Part shown: in pieces, positions 9,508 through 19,679 of the stretch
Layout of the letters: every line of letters starts with the position of its first letter
Position numbering within the stretch: the first letter of the stretch is position 1
Assembly (NCBI GenBank): GCA_965204575.1
Contig: OZ241993.1
Coordinates: 1,488,586-1,552,585, forward strand
Reading direction: 5' to 3'
Source of the DNA: an uncultured candidatus Porisulfidus sp.
GTDB lineage: Bacteria > Pseudomonadota > Gammaproteobacteria > Poriferisulfidales > Poriferisulfidaceae
Length of the DNA: 64,000 bases
Program-made: the position numbers and the translations under genes
The notes under the pieces: generated by a model
What the model was told of the DNA's origin: nothing
The model's input: only the letters and a program-made list of their open reading frames with translations
Databases searched by the model: none

Positions 9508-10605
9508 CTACGAGGCGGTGGAATCCGTGCCCAACGCTTTCAGGATAACGCCTCCGCCCAGGCAGACCTCTCCGAGGTAAAACACCACGGATTGACCTGG
9601 GGCCGGGGCCCATTGGGGAGATGCGAAGTGTACCCGGCAGTCCTTCCCATTCTGTTCCAGTCGACAATCCTGCAAGGGCTGACGATGACGAATCCGCGCC
9701 TTGAGCGATTGCTCTCCGGGCGGTTCGCCGGCAATCCAGTGCGGGGATTCGATTTCCAGCATACGGACGTTCAGGGCTGGATGATCGCGGTCCTGGGTCA
9801 CGGTCAACCGGCCGTTTTCGAGATCCTTGTCGACGACATACCAAGGGCCTTCATCGCTCCCGGAAACCCCGCCAATGCCCAGGCCGGTCCGCTGGCCGAT
9901 CGTCTGGAATGCCAATCCTTGATGTTCTCCGAGTTCGCGCCCGGAAGAATCGACAATCGGCCCGGGCTGGGCCGGGATGTAATTCGCCAGAAAATCCTGA
10001 AAACGACGCTCCCCGATGAAACAGATGCCCGTACTGTCTTTCTTGTCGTGTATCGGGAGCCCGATTCGGCGTGCCTGTTCCCGGGTTTCTTTCTTGGTCA
10101 TGCCCTGCAAGGGAAAGTGGGCGGAGGCCAATTGCTCCTGGTCCAGGCGATGAAGGAAATAGGTCTGATCCTTGTCCAGGTCCTCGGACTGGATGAGCTC
10201 GGGGGACACTCCATGAAACCGGACGCCCGCATAGTGGCCCGTGGCGATGCGGTCCACGCCAAGCGTCCGGGCGTAGTCCAGGAAAGCCCGGAACTTGATT
10301 TCGCGGTTGCACAGGATGTCCGGGTTCGGCGTGCGGCCGGCCGAGTACTCGGCCAAGAAGACCTGGAACACGCGACCCCAGTACTCCGCGGAGAAATTGA
10401 TGGTGTGCAGCCGGAGGTCGAGCTTGTCGCAAACCGTCTGGGCATCCGCGAGATCCGCCGCCGCCGCGCAATATTCCTCGGTGTCGTCCTCTTCCCAGTT
10501 CTTCATGAACACGGCCTCGACTTCGATGCCGCGCTCGCACAACTTCCAAGCTGCGACGGCCGAATCGACTCCTCCGGACAATCCGATCAGTATCTGTGCC
10601 GGCAT
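9508..10605 (-). CDS. mnmA: tRNA-specific 2-thiouridylase
   Basis: 365 aa. SGGVDS PP-loop and FMKNWEEDD motif are present. Confidence 0.9.
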   Translation of the reverse strand: MPAQILIGLSGGVDSAVAAWKLCERGIEVEAVFMKNWEEDDTEEYCAAAADLADAQTVCDKLDLRLHTINFSAEYWGRVFQVFLAEYSAGRTPNPDILCNREIKFRAFLDYARTLGVDRIATGHYAGVRFHGVSPELIQSEDLDKDQTYFLHRLDQEQLASAHFPLQGMTKKETREQARRIGLPIHDKKDSTGICFIGERRFQDFLANYIPAQPGPIVDSSGRELGEHQGLAFQTIGQRTGLGIGGVSGSDEGPWYVVDKDLENGRLTVTQDRDHPALNVRMLEIESPHWIAGEPPGEQSLKARIRHRQPLQDCRLEQNGKDCRVHFASPQWAPAPGQSVVFYLGEVCLGGGVILKALGTDSTAS

Positions 10606-10617
10606 GGCGGAGCCCGG

Positions 10618-11061
10618 TCAGGAAGAGATCAGCGAAAGCGGGTGCCGGATCCCAGCCAGGTAGTCGTCGACGCATTGCAGCACCATCGGGCTGCGTCGCC
10701 GACGCTCTGCCAGGGCCGCAATCTCGCCTCGCGTCATCCATACGGTCCGGATGATCGTGTCATCCAACTCCCGGTCTGGATATTCCCGGATCAATCGGCC
10801 ACAGAACGCAAACCGCAGGTACATGTGAGGCGAATTGGGCAGAACGTACTGGTAGATGCCGACCAGGGCCTCCGGGCTGAACGCCCAAGCCGCTTCTTCG
10901 AGCATCTCCCGCGCACAGCCTTGCATCAGGGTTTCATTGGCATCCAGGTGCCCGGCCGGCTGGTTTACCACTATTTCTCCGTTCACCTGTTCTTCAACCA
11001 GCAGGAATCGGCCATCCCGCTCGGCAATTGCGGCAACAGTCAGGTGAGGCGTCCAATCCAT
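10618..11061 (-). CDS. NUDIX hydrolase (NudJ-like)
   Basis: NUDIX box GHLDANETLMQGCAREMLEEAAW. Start set at internal Met MDWTPHL. Sits directly upstream of mnmA, as nudJ-mnmA does in enterobacteria. Confidence 0.7.
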   Translation of the reverse strand: MDWTPHLTVAAIAERDGRFLLVEEQVNGEIVVNQPAGHLDANETLMQGCAREMLEEAAWAFSPEALVGIYQYVLPNSPHMYLRFAFCGRLIREYPDRELDDTIIRTVWMTRGEIAALAERRRRSPMVLQCVDDYLAGIRHPLSLISS

Positions 11062-11213
11062 GGCAAAAACCAAAGCGGGTTCACGTCGCAGATATAATAA
11101 GGTGAATTTCGGTAAATGACGAACTTCCGGGCGCATATCCTGATGCCGACGCACTGGACAGGCAAAATGGCTAGCGTGCCGAAAGGATCCTGCGGATCGC
11201 AGGGGAGGGTGCC

Positions 11214-13487
11214 GTGAGCGGTGCATTCAGCGACGAATTCGAACGCGCGCTGTCGGAGATCTGGCAGCTCGCCCGAAACCGCGGGCACGGCTATGTGACC
11301 CTGGAGCATGTCGTCCTCGCGATCCTGAATGAACCGACCTCGCAGGGGCTCTTCCGCGAGCATGAGATCGCCCTGTCGGTCTTCCAGGACGAATTGCTCG
11401 AATTCATCGATCGCCACACGCCCCGGACCAACAACACCTCGCAGAAGGTCGAGGAGACACGCAGCGTCAGCCGGGTGCAGGCACGCGCCCAGATGATTTT
11501 CGAGGCCCCCACCGGCGTGCATGTGCTGGAGATGCTTTTTGAAGAGCCGCAGTCGCACGCGGTGCAACTGCTTCGGAAACACGGGCTCGACCGCGATCAG
11601 GTCTCGCAATTCCGGGTCCGCATGGATCGCGTCCGGTTTAGCACGCAGGATACGGAAAGCCGGAAACCATCCCGGCGCGGCGGCGACCCGATAGAGGCTT
11701 TGGCGCGCAACAAGCTTGCCATAGAGCATTGTGCAACCGACCTGAACGAGCGTGTGCGAGAGGGGACGATTGACGCGCTGATCGGCAGGCAGGACGAGAT
11801 GAACCAGATTGTCCGGACCCTGGGGCGGAGACGGAAGAATAACGTGGTGCTGGTTGGCGAGGCAGGGGTCGGCAAGACCGCGTTGGCCGAGGGGCTCGCC
11901 TGGCGGATCGTCCAGGGCGATGTCCCGAAGAGCCTGGCCTCGTCGACGGTGCTCTCCCTGAACGTGGGCAATCTCGTCGCCGGAACCCGGTTCCGTGGGG
12001 ATTTCGAAGAACGCATGAAGAACTTCCTGAACAACCTGAAGAAACGCCCCGATACGATCCTGTTCATCGACGAGATCCACATGTTGGTCGGGGCTGGCTC
12101 GGCTTCCGGCATGGCCATGGATGCCGCCGACCAACTCAAACCCCTGCTGACGACAGAGGGGTTCCGCTGTATCGGGGCCACCACTCACCGCGAATTCCGG
12201 CAGATCTTCGAACAGGACTCTGCCCTGGCCCGCCGGTTTCGCCGGATCGAGGTGCAGGAACCTTCTATCGCGGAAACCTACCAGATCCTGGCAGGCCTGA
12301 AGAAAAATTACGAGGAGCACCACCAGGTCACCTACAGCGAAGATGTCATCCGGGCGATTGTGGACTTGTCCGCCAAATACCTGCATGACCGGCAACTTCC
12401 GGACAAGGCCGTCGATCTGATGGACGAGACCGGGTCCGGCTGTCGCTTGGAATTGGAGAACCCGGCACCCTATGCCGTACACGTGCATGATGTCGAACGC
12501 ACGGTCGCAACGATGGCGCGAATCCCGGAACGCAGCGTCAACACTTCTTCGGCAAAGGCGTTGCTGGACTTGGACCGGAGACTGAAGGCCCTGGTCTTCG
12601 GACAGGACGAGGCCATCGATCAGTTGGCTCAGGCAATCAAGATCTCGCGAGCCCGCCTGAAACCGGAGCAACGCCCAATGGGCGCCTTTTTGTTCAGCGG
12701 CCCGACCGGGGTCGGCAAGACGGAAGTCTGCCGCCAGATGGCGGAAGTGATGGGCGTGGAGTTACTGCGATTCGACATGTCGGAGTATATGGAGCGCCAA
12801 TCGGTGGCACGCCTGATCGGGGCTCCGCCAGGCTATGTCGGCTACGACGAAGGGGGGCTGCTGACCGAGTCGGTCATGCGGCACCCGTATGCGGTGCTGC
12901 TGCTGGACGAGGTGGAGAAGGCTCATCCGGACGTGATGAACGTGTTGCTGCAGGTCATGGACTACGGCAAGCTGACCGACAGCAATGGGCGGGCCGTGGA
13001 TTTCCGAAACCTGCTGCTCATGATGACCTGCAATGTCGGAGCGGGGCAAGCCAGCCGCGCCGGCATGGGCTTCACCCCGCAGGATCACGGCAGCGATATT
13101 CAGCGGGAGATCGAGCGGGTTTTCGCCCCCGAGTTCCGGAATCGCCTGGATGCCACCGTCCAGTTCGCTCCGCTCGACGAGGAAAATATCCTGGCGGTGG
13201 TCGGCAAACTCTTGGGTGAACTCCAGGAATCCTTGCGCGAGCAGAATATCTGGCTGAAAGCGGACCTCCGGGCTCGCCGCTGGCTGGCCCGCGAAGGATT
13301 CGACCCCGTGATGGGAGCCCGCTGCATGCAGCGGGTCATACGGGATCAGATCCGGGTTCCGCTGGCAGACAAAATTCTGTGCGGATCCCTAAACGAGGGA
13401 GGGACGGTTCGCCTGACGGCGAACAAGACAGGACTGCGGATGACTGTGGAATCGGCGGACGAAAGCTTGCCGGAAACCGTGCACTAG
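11214..13487 (+). CDS. clpA: ATP-dependent Clp protease ATP-binding subunit ClpA
   Basis: 757 aa with two AAA+ modules (GEAGVGKTAL and GPTGVGKTE). Strong collinearity with E. coli ClpA, e.g. RKNNVVLVGEAGVGKTALAEGLAWRIVQGDVP. GTG start with a GGGGAGG Shine-Dalgarno. Confidence 0.9.
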   Translation: MSGAFSDEFERALSEIWQLARNRGHGYVTLEHVVLAILNEPTSQGLFREHEIALSVFQDELLEFIDRHTPRTNNTSQKVEETRSVSRVQARAQMIFEAPTGVHVLEMLFEEPQSHAVQLLRKHGLDRDQVSQFRVRMDRVRFSTQDTESRKPSRRGGDPIEALARNKLAIEHCATDLNERVREGTIDALIGRQDEMNQIVRTLGRRRKNNVVLVGEAGVGKTALAEGLAWRIVQGDVPKSLASSTVLSLNVGNLVAGTRFRGDFEERMKNFLNNLKKRPDTILFIDEIHMLVGAGSASGMAMDAADQLKPLLTTEGFRCIGATTHREFRQIFEQDSALARRFRRIEVQEPSIAETYQILAGLKKNYEEHHQVTYSEDVIRAIVDLSAKYLHDRQLPDKAVDLMDETGSGCRLELENPAPYAVHVHDVERTVATMARIPERSVNTSSAKALLDLDRRLKALVFGQDEAIDQLAQAIKISRARLKPEQRPMGAFLFSGPTGVGKTEVCRQMAEVMGVELLRFDMSEYMERQSVARLIGAPPGYVGYDEGGLLTESVMRHPYAVLLLDEVEKAHPDVMNVLLQVMDYGKLTDSNGRAVDFRNLLLMMTCNVGAGQASRAGMGFTPQDHGSDIQREIERVFAPEFRNRLDATVQFAPLDEENILAVVGKLLGELQESLREQNIWLKADLRARRWLAREGFDPVMGARCMQRVIRDQIRVPLADKILCGSLNEGGTVRLTANKTGLRMTVESADESLPETVH

Positions 13488-13494
13488 CCGATAT

Positions 13495-13713
13495 TCATCG
13501 AGTGCGGTAAACGATGCGGCCTTTGCTGAGATCGTACGGGGTCAGCGCGACGGTGACCTTGTCGCCGGTCAGGATCCGGATGTAATGTTTTCGCATCCGA
13601 CCGGAAATGTGGGCCGTGACCACGTGCCCATTCGTCAATTCAACCCGGAACATAGTGTTGGGCAGGGTCTCAATGACGACCCCCTCCATCTCGATATGTT
13701 CTTCCTTCGGCAT
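13495..13713 (-). CDS. infA: Translation initiation factor IF-1
   Basis: 72 aa from the internal Met. [36 protein letters not shown] is near-identical to IF-1. Confidence 0.9.
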   Translation of the reverse strand: MPKEEHIEMEGVVIETLPNTMFRVELTNGHVVTAHISGRMRKHYIRILTGDKVTVALTPYDLSKGRIVYRTR

Positions 13714-13787
13714 GCTTTGTCGCTGGATTGTGGCGGGCTCATTATCAGTCATGTCGTATCGAAGCACAAGTTAGGAGAAAACACGCC

Positions 13788-14732
13788 ATGACGTTTGCCT
13801 GTGTATTCCCAGGGCAGGGCGCCCAGAAGGTTGGAATGATGGCCAGCCTTGCCGAGGCTCATCCCGAAATCGAAGAAACCTTTGCGGAAGCCTCCGAGGC
13901 ACTGGACGAGGATTTATGGGAACTCGTCAGCGAAGGACCGGCTGAACAACTGAATCAGACCCGAAATTCCCAGCCGGTGTTGCTGGCCGCGGAAATTTCA
14001 ATCTGGAGAGTGTGGCGGCAGCATGGAGGCCCGTTGCCTGCTTATCTCGCAGGGCATAGCTTTGGAGAATACTCGGCCTTGGTCGCGGCCGGTGCGTTGG
14101 AATTCTCCAGCGCGGCACCACTGGTGCGTCTCCGAGGGGATTTGATGCAGCAGGCGGTGGAGACAGGGGTCGGCAGCATGGCCGCAGTGCTTGGGCTTGA
14201 GGATGGCGAGGTGCGCGACGTTTGCGCGCAGATATCGTCGCCAGACGCGGTCGTCGAGACCGCGAACTTCAACGCGCCCGGGCAGGTGGTGCTGTCCGGG
14301 CATCGCTCGGCCGTGGAGAGGGCGACAGAGGCTTGCCAGGAAGCCGGCGCACGCCGCGCCATGTTATTGGATGTCAGCGTGCCCGCCCACTCCAGCCTGA
14401 TGCGCCCGGCAGTCGATCACTACGCGGAAGCCCTTGAGGCAGTAGAATTCACGCGCCCGGAAATTTCAGTCGTCAACAATGTCGATGTCCATGTGGAAAC
14501 TGCCCCGGAGCGAATCCGGGACGCACTGAAGCGGCAACTTTACTCGCCGGTGCGCTGGACGGAAAGTATACTGTGGATGGCAGAGCACGGCGTGGACATA
14601 CAGATTGAAATGGGACCGGGGAAAATTTTGACAGGGCTGAGCAGACGCATCAGCAAATCGGTACGCGGCTTGTGTTTGGAATCCCCGGACAGCTTGGAGC
14701 AAGCGCTCGGGGAGATTGGAAATGCAGGGTGA
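13788..14732 (+). CDS. fabD: Malonyl-CoA:ACP transacylase
   Basis: MTFACVFPGQGAQ start and GHSFGEY active-site serine motif. AGGAGA Shine-Dalgarno upstream. Confidence 0.9.
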   Translation: MTFACVFPGQGAQKVGMMASLAEAHPEIEETFAEASEALDEDLWELVSEGPAEQLNQTRNSQPVLLAAEISIWRVWRQHGGPLPAYLAGHSFGEYSALVAAGALEFSSAAPLVRLRGDLMQQAVETGVGSMAAVLGLEDGEVRDVCAQISSPDAVVETANFNAPGQVVLSGHRSAVERATEACQEAGARRAMLLDVSVPAHSSLMRPAVDHYAEALEAVEFTRPEISVVNNVDVHVETAPERIRDALKRQLYSPVRWTESILWMAEHGVDIQIEMGPGKILTGLSRRISKSVRGLCLESPDSLEQALGEIGNAG

Positions 14733-15459
14733 GAATGCTTTGGTCACCGGTGCCAGCCGGGGAATCGGCCGGGCCGTCGCGTTGGCACTAGCGAAAAACG
14801 GCGCCTACGTCACCGGCACCGCCACGGCGCAAGAGGGAGCGCAACAAGTCGGCGCTCTTTTGAGCGAGGCCGGATTGCAGGGCAATGGCGAAATCCTCCA
14901 GTCGCAGGACCCGGCCTCGATTGATGCGCTGCTCGCGCGCCTGGCGGAACAGGACCGCATGCCGACAATCCTGGTCAACAACGCCGGCATTGCCCGGGAC
15001 AACATCCTGGTCCGCATGAAGGACGAGGAATGGGATGATGTGCTCGCAACCAATCTCCGGGGAGTGTTTCAACTAACCCGCGGCTGTCTGCGCGGCATGC
15101 TCAAGGCTCGGCGCGGACGCATCATCAACCTATCCTCCGTGGTCGCCTTCATCGGCAACCCGGGACAGGCCAATTATGCCTCCACCAAGGCCGGATTGAT
15201 CGGATTCACTCGGGCGCTGGCCCAGGAAGTCGGTGTGCGCGGCATCACGGTCAACTGCATTGCGCCCGGATTCATTGAGACGGACATGACCCGGACGCTC
15301 TCGGACGAGCAGCAGGACGGGCTGCGGCAGCGGATCCCGCTGCAGCGCCTGGGAACGGTTGATGACATCGCAGCTGCGGTGCTCTATCTGGCCGGGGAGG
15401 GGGGAGGATATATCACGGGAGAAACCCTCCATGTCAACGGGGGCATGTTCATGGGCTGA
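14716..15459 (+). CDS. fabG: 3-oxoacyl-ACP reductase
   Basis: TGASRGIGRA Rossmann motif, SDR family, conserved position in the fab cluster. Confidence 0.9.
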   Translation: MEMQGENALVTGASRGIGRAVALALAKNGAYVTGTATAQEGAQQVGALLSEAGLQGNGEILQSQDPASIDALLARLAEQDRMPTILVNNAGIARDNILVRMKDEEWDDVLATNLRGVFQLTRGCLRGMLKARRGRIINLSSVVAFIGNPGQANYASTKAGLIGFTRALAQEVGVRGITVNCIAPGFIETDMTRTLSDEQQDGLRQRIPLQRLGTVDDIAAAVLYLAGEGGGYITGETLHVNGGMFMG

Positions 15460-15613
15460 CCGTGGGGAAACCGCCATCTGCCGACCTGCCACCCCGGAAT
15501 CCACGTTGCTGGTCTTGCTATAATTGGTACAGAATGTGGAATGAAAGCGTCATTGCTGCATCACCGCTTTCAATCTTCCACAATTCACTTATCAACTTGA
15601 GGAAATAATCATA

Positions 15614-15856
15614 ATGAGCGACAACATCGAAGAACGTGTCATGAAAGTCGTTTCGGAGCAACTGGGTGTTGACCCGGGCAAAGTCTCACTATCCTCGGCG
15701 TTCGTTGCTGATCTGGACGCTGACTCCTTGGACACGGTGGAGTTGGTCATGGCCTTGGAAGAGGAATTCGACTTAACGATCCCCGACGAGATGGCCGAGA
15801 AGATCACAACCGTCCAGCAGGCGGTGGATTTCATCAAGGACGGTTCCAGCGAATAA
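15614..15856 (+). CDS. acpP: Acyl carrier protein
   Basis: 80 aa with [18 protein letters not shown] phosphopantetheine-attachment motif. Confidence 0.95.
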   Translation: MSDNIEERVMKVVSEQLGVDPGKVSLSSAFVADLDADSLDTVELVMALEEEFDLTIPDEMAEKITTVQQAVDFIKDGSSE

Positions 15857-15975
15857 GCCCTCTCCCCCTAGATACCAATCAGCCTGGGAATTGCCCGAGG
15901 AAAGAATTTCTGGTGGATTCCACGATCATCAGTGCTCGGTAATCCCGTTTCCCATGACCCGATCCGGACCCCAAC

Positions 15976-17217
15976 ATGTCTCGGCGTAGAGTCGTAGTCA
16001 CTGGTCTCGGAGTAGTTTCGCCGATCGGCTCGACAGTCTCCAAAGCCTGGGAAAACCTGACGGCCGGATGCAGCGGAATCCGTCCCATCACGCGTTTCGA
16101 TTCAACCGATTTTTCCGTGCGCATCTGCGGTTCGGTCGTCGACTTCAATGCCGACGACTACATTTCCCCCAAGGAGCAGAGGAAAATGGATGTCTTCATC
16201 CATTACGGCATCGCGGCCGCGGCCGATGCGATTCGGGATTCGGGATTGGACGTAACCGACGAGAACGCGTCGGGCATCGGGGTGGCCATCGGCTCCGGGA
16301 TCGGGGGCTTGCCGTGCATCGAAAACAACCACGGCTTCTACGAAGATTCCGGACCACGCAAAATTTCTCCGTTCTTCGTGCCCAGCAGCATCATCAACAT
16401 GGTTTCAGGCGACCTGTCTGTCATGTTCAATCTCAAAGGCCCCAACATCGCGGTTGTCTCCGCCTGTGCCACAGGCACGCATAACATCGGACTGGCGGCG
16501 CGGTCGATCGCTCACGGTGATGCCGAGGTGATGGTGGCGGGAGGAGCCGAGATGGCAACCAGCCCACTTGGAGTCGGCGGTTTCGCTTCGGCCCGGGCCT
16601 TGTGCTCCTCGCATAACGACGATCCGGAAACCGCCTCACGTCCCTGGGACGCCGATCGCGACGGGTTTGTCCTGGGAGAAGGGGCCGGTGTGGTAGTGCT
16701 TGAGGAATACGAATTTGCGAAAGCCCGGGGAGCCCGGATTTATGGCGAGGTCGTGGGGTTTGGAATGAACGGGGACGCCCATCACATGACTCAGCCGAGC
16801 CCGGGGGGGGAGGGGGCGGCTCGCTGTATGCAGCGGACATTGGATGATGCCGAGATTGATCCGGAAACAGTGGATTACATCAATGCGCACGGCACTTCGA
16901 CACCAGCCGGCGACAAGGCGGAAACCGACGCCATCAAGGCTGTATTCGGGGGTCACGCTAAGAAGGTCGCGATCAGTTCCAACAAATCCATGATCGGGCA
17001 CCTGCTCGGTGCCGCCGGAGGCGTGGAAGCCGTATTCAGCCTATTGACCCTATACCATCAAGTCATTCCCCCGACCATCAACTATCAGACTCCGGATCCC
17101 GATTGTGATCTCGACTACGTTCCCAATACGGCTCGCGAAGCGTCGGTGGAGGTGGTCCTCTCCAACTCATTCGGCTTCGGCGGGACCAATGGCAGCTTGG
17201 TCTTCAAGCGCGTTTGA
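15976..17217 (+). CDS. fabF: 3-oxoacyl-ACP synthase II
   Basis: 413 aa. Active-site Cys context ACATGTH and the C-terminal [11 protein letters not shown] motif are present. Confidence 0.9.
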   Translation: MSRRRVVVTGLGVVSPIGSTVSKAWENLTAGCSGIRPITRFDSTDFSVRICGSVVDFNADDYISPKEQRKMDVFIHYGIAAAADAIRDSGLDVTDENASGIGVAIGSGIGGLPCIENNHGFYEDSGPRKISPFFVPSSIINMVSGDLSVMFNLKGPNIAVVSACATGTHNIGLAARSIAHGDAEVMVAGGAEMATSPLGVGGFASARALCSSHNDDPETASRPWDADRDGFVLGEGAGVVVLEEYEFAKARGARIYGEVVGFGMNGDAHHMTQPSPGGEGAARCMQRTLDDAEIDPETVDYINAHGTSTPAGDKAETDAIKAVFGGHAKKVAISSNKSMIGHLLGAAGGVEAVFSLLTLYHQVIPPTINYQTPDPDCDLDYVPNTAREASVEVVLSNSFGFGGTNGSLVFKRV

Positions 17218-17248
17218 GCGGGGCAGGGCTCCGAGCTAAATCTCCCTC

Positions 17249-18058
17249 ATGATTCTGGTCGACGGCGTCGCACGATCTCAGGTCGACGCAACAGACCGGG
17301 GTCTGCATTACGGAGACGGACTGTTTGAAACCCTGGCCGTTTTCGAAGGGAAGATTCGTTGCTGGGCAGATCACTGGCGGCGACTCAGTGAAGGGTGCCA
17401 ACAGCTGGGTCTACATTGTCCGGAACAGGCTTTGCTTGAACGTGAGGTTTTCGAACTGAGCGAAGGCGCCCCTCGAAAAGTCGTCAAAATCCTGTTGACC
17501 CGCGGTTCCGGGCCGCGCGGGTACCGAATTCCAAAAAAGAGCGTCACCCGCAGGATTCTCACCGCGAACGACTGGCCGGACTATCCCCCGCAACACGCGC
17601 GGGAAGGCGTCCGCGTCCGGTTGTGTCAAACCCGACTGGGGCATAATCCCGCGCTGGCGGGCCTCAAGCATTGCAATCGACTGGAGCAAGTGCTGGCTCG
17701 GCAGGAGTGGGAGGATGAAGCGGAAGAAGGCCTAATGCTGGATGTGGACGGGAATGTCATCGAGGGCACCATGAGCAATGTATTTCTGGTGTCCAATAAT
17801 TCGCTGATGACTCCCGACGTGAGTCACTGCGGTGTAGCCGGCGTCACTCGGCAGCGGATCATCGACTGCTCCCCTGAACTAGGCATCCCGGTGGAAGTGG
17901 CCAGGGTTACGCTGAACCAACTGCACGACGCGCAAGCCTGGTTCTTGTGCAATACGCTGGTCGGCTTATGGCCGGTCCGCTCCTTCGACGGCCGCAACTA
18001 CCCACTTTCCGATCTGCTGCCAACTTTACGCATGATCGACGGACTGGAACTCTCATGA
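17249..18058 (+). CDS. pabC: Aminodeoxychorismate lyase
   Basis: Class IV aminotransferase fold. Sits at the conserved position after fabF. Confidence 0.8.
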   Translation: MILVDGVARSQVDATDRGLHYGDGLFETLAVFEGKIRCWADHWRRLSEGCQQLGLHCPEQALLEREVFELSEGAPRKVVKILLTRGSGPRGYRIPKKSVTRRILTANDWPDYPPQHAREGVRVRLCQTRLGHNPALAGLKHCNRLEQVLARQEWEDEAEEGLMLDVDGNVIEGTMSNVFLVSNNSLMTPDVSHCGVAGVTRQRIIDCSPELGIPVEVARVTLNQLHDAQAWFLCNTLVGLWPVRSFDGRNYPLSDLLPTLRMIDGLELS

Positions 18059-19053
18059 AGTCTCGATACCTGCGCCTCGCTGCCATGCTGATATTTGTTT
18101 CCGTCATGGCATTGAGCGTACATGTTTGGAGTGTCTTGAGCCGAAACGCCATTCCCGCAGACCATGTCGTGGCCATCACGATTGAAAAAGGTGACAGTTT
18201 CAAACAGATTACCGACAAGTTGCTCGAGCACAAAGCCGTTGCTGGACATCTGTACGCTTGGATTGCAGCAAAATATTTGGCAGCCGAAACACGGATTAAG
18301 GCCGGGGAATATGTCTTGGTCGGGCCGATGGCGACACTGAGAGTTTTCAAGGAATTGATTGACGGCGGCGGTGTCCTGCACGGACAAACTTTTTTCGAAG
18401 GCTGGACGATGCGCGAGATACTGGAAGCATTGAGAAAGAACCCGACAGTGAAAAAGACACCCGCTCCCTTGTTGAGATTCGGGTATTCCACTGCAGACGA
18501 AGCAGAAGGAGCGTGTCTTCCAGACACTTACAAGCATTATCGAGGTGATCCGGATTACAAGATTCTAGGGCTGTGCATCATGGCCATGCGCGAGACATTG
18601 GAAGAACTTTGGGCTACGCGTGCCTCAGGGCTGCCGTACGACGAACCAAGGGACGCCTTGATTCTGGCGTCCATTGTCGAAGCAGAGACCACTCTGGATG
18701 AGGAACGCCCCGAAGTCGCCGGCGTCTTGATCTCTCGCCTTCGCAAGAATATGCGCCTCCAAACCGACCCGACGGTTATCTACGGCCTCGGCTCTGATTT
18801 CGACAACAATTTGACTCGGAAGCACCTGCGAGCGGACCCCGAAATCAATCCATACAATACCTACCGAATCCATGGGCTCCCCCCCGGACCCATCTGCAAT
18901 CCAGGCCGGCGTTCTCTGGAGGCTGCGCTCCAGCCGGACTTGGAAACCGAAAACCTGTACTATGTTGCAGTCGGGGATGGAAGCCATTATTTCTCGGAGA
19001 CCTACGAGGAGCACATGGAAGCCGTTCGAAAATATCAACTAGGCGGGAAGTAA
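18055..19053 (+). CDS. mltG: Endolytic murein transglycosylase MltG (YceG)
   Basis: N-terminal TM segment followed by the YceG domain. ATGA overlap with the pabC stop. Confidence 0.85.
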   Translation: MKSRYLRLAAMLIFVSVMALSVHVWSVLSRNAIPADHVVAITIEKGDSFKQITDKLLEHKAVAGHLYAWIAAKYLAAETRIKAGEYVLVGPMATLRVFKELIDGGGVLHGQTFFEGWTMREILEALRKNPTVKKTPAPLLRFGYSTADEAEGACLPDTYKHYRGDPDYKILGLCIMAMRETLEELWATRASGLPYDEPRDALILASIVEAETTLDEERPEVAGVLISRLRKNMRLQTDPTVIYGLGSDFDNNLTRKHLRADPEINPYNTYRIHGLPPGPICNPGRRSLEAALQPDLETENLYYVAVGDGSHYFSETYEEHMEAVRKYQLGGK

Positions 19054-19679
19054 TGCCGCAGAAAAGCATGTTTATCAGCCTTGAAGGCATTGAAGGAGCC
19101 GGGAAATCGACTCACATGCCAGCCCTTGTGGACCTGCTCGAGTCCCATAAGATTCCCTGTCTCGCAACGCGGGAACCCGGAGGGACGGAATTCGGAGAAC
19201 ACGTGCGGGAGATCCTGTTGTCTAAGACCCAGGCCCCTGAAAGCGTAGAAGCGGAATTACTTCTGATTTTCGCGGCACGGGCGGAACACGTTCACACTCG
19301 CATCAAACCGGCCCTGGAAGCCGGTTCGTGGGTACTGACAGACCGCTTTCTCGATGCCAGTTTCGCCTACCAGGGAGCAGGGCAGGGGCTTGGCGTCGAC
19401 CGGGTCGGACAGTTGGCGCAATGGCTTCTCCCGGACCTGCGCCCAGATCTGGTTATTGTTCTGGACACATCAGTAGAAACTGCATTGGAGCGTGTCCAGA
19501 GACGTGGGCAAAAAAAAGATCGCTATGAAGAAAACGATCTGGAATTTTTCACCCGGGCGCGCCAATACTATCTGGACCAAGCACTCTCTCAACCTGACCG
19601 CTACCGGGTAGTCGACGCGGAACGCCCGGTCGACGAAGTCCACGCGGAACTTCTTGAGATTCTGCGTGGCCTGATCTGA
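19053..19679 (+). CDS. tmk: Thymidylate kinase
   Basis: P-loop SLEGIEGAGKST. TAATG overlap with the mltG stop. Confidence 0.9.
   Translation: MPQKSMFISLEGIEGAGKSTHMPALVDLLESHKIPCLATREPGGTEFGEHVREILLSKTQAPESVEAELLLIFAARAEHVHTRIKPALEAGSWVLTDRFLDASFAYQGAGQGLGVDRVGQLAQWLLPDLRPDLVIVLDTSVETALERVQRRGQKKDRYEENDLEFFTRARQYYLDQALSQPDRYRVVDAERPVDEVHAELLEILRGLI

Noticed and set aside
9592-11097. 501-aa plus-strand ORF
   Set aside because: Runs antisense across mnmA and the NUDIX gene, which have unmistakable homology. Proline/Arg/Gly-rich composition typical of antisense frames in high-GC DNA. No motifs.
11040-12671. 543-aa minus-strand ORF
   Set aside because: Antisense to clpA (clear two-AAA+ ClpA homolog). 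Compositional artefact.
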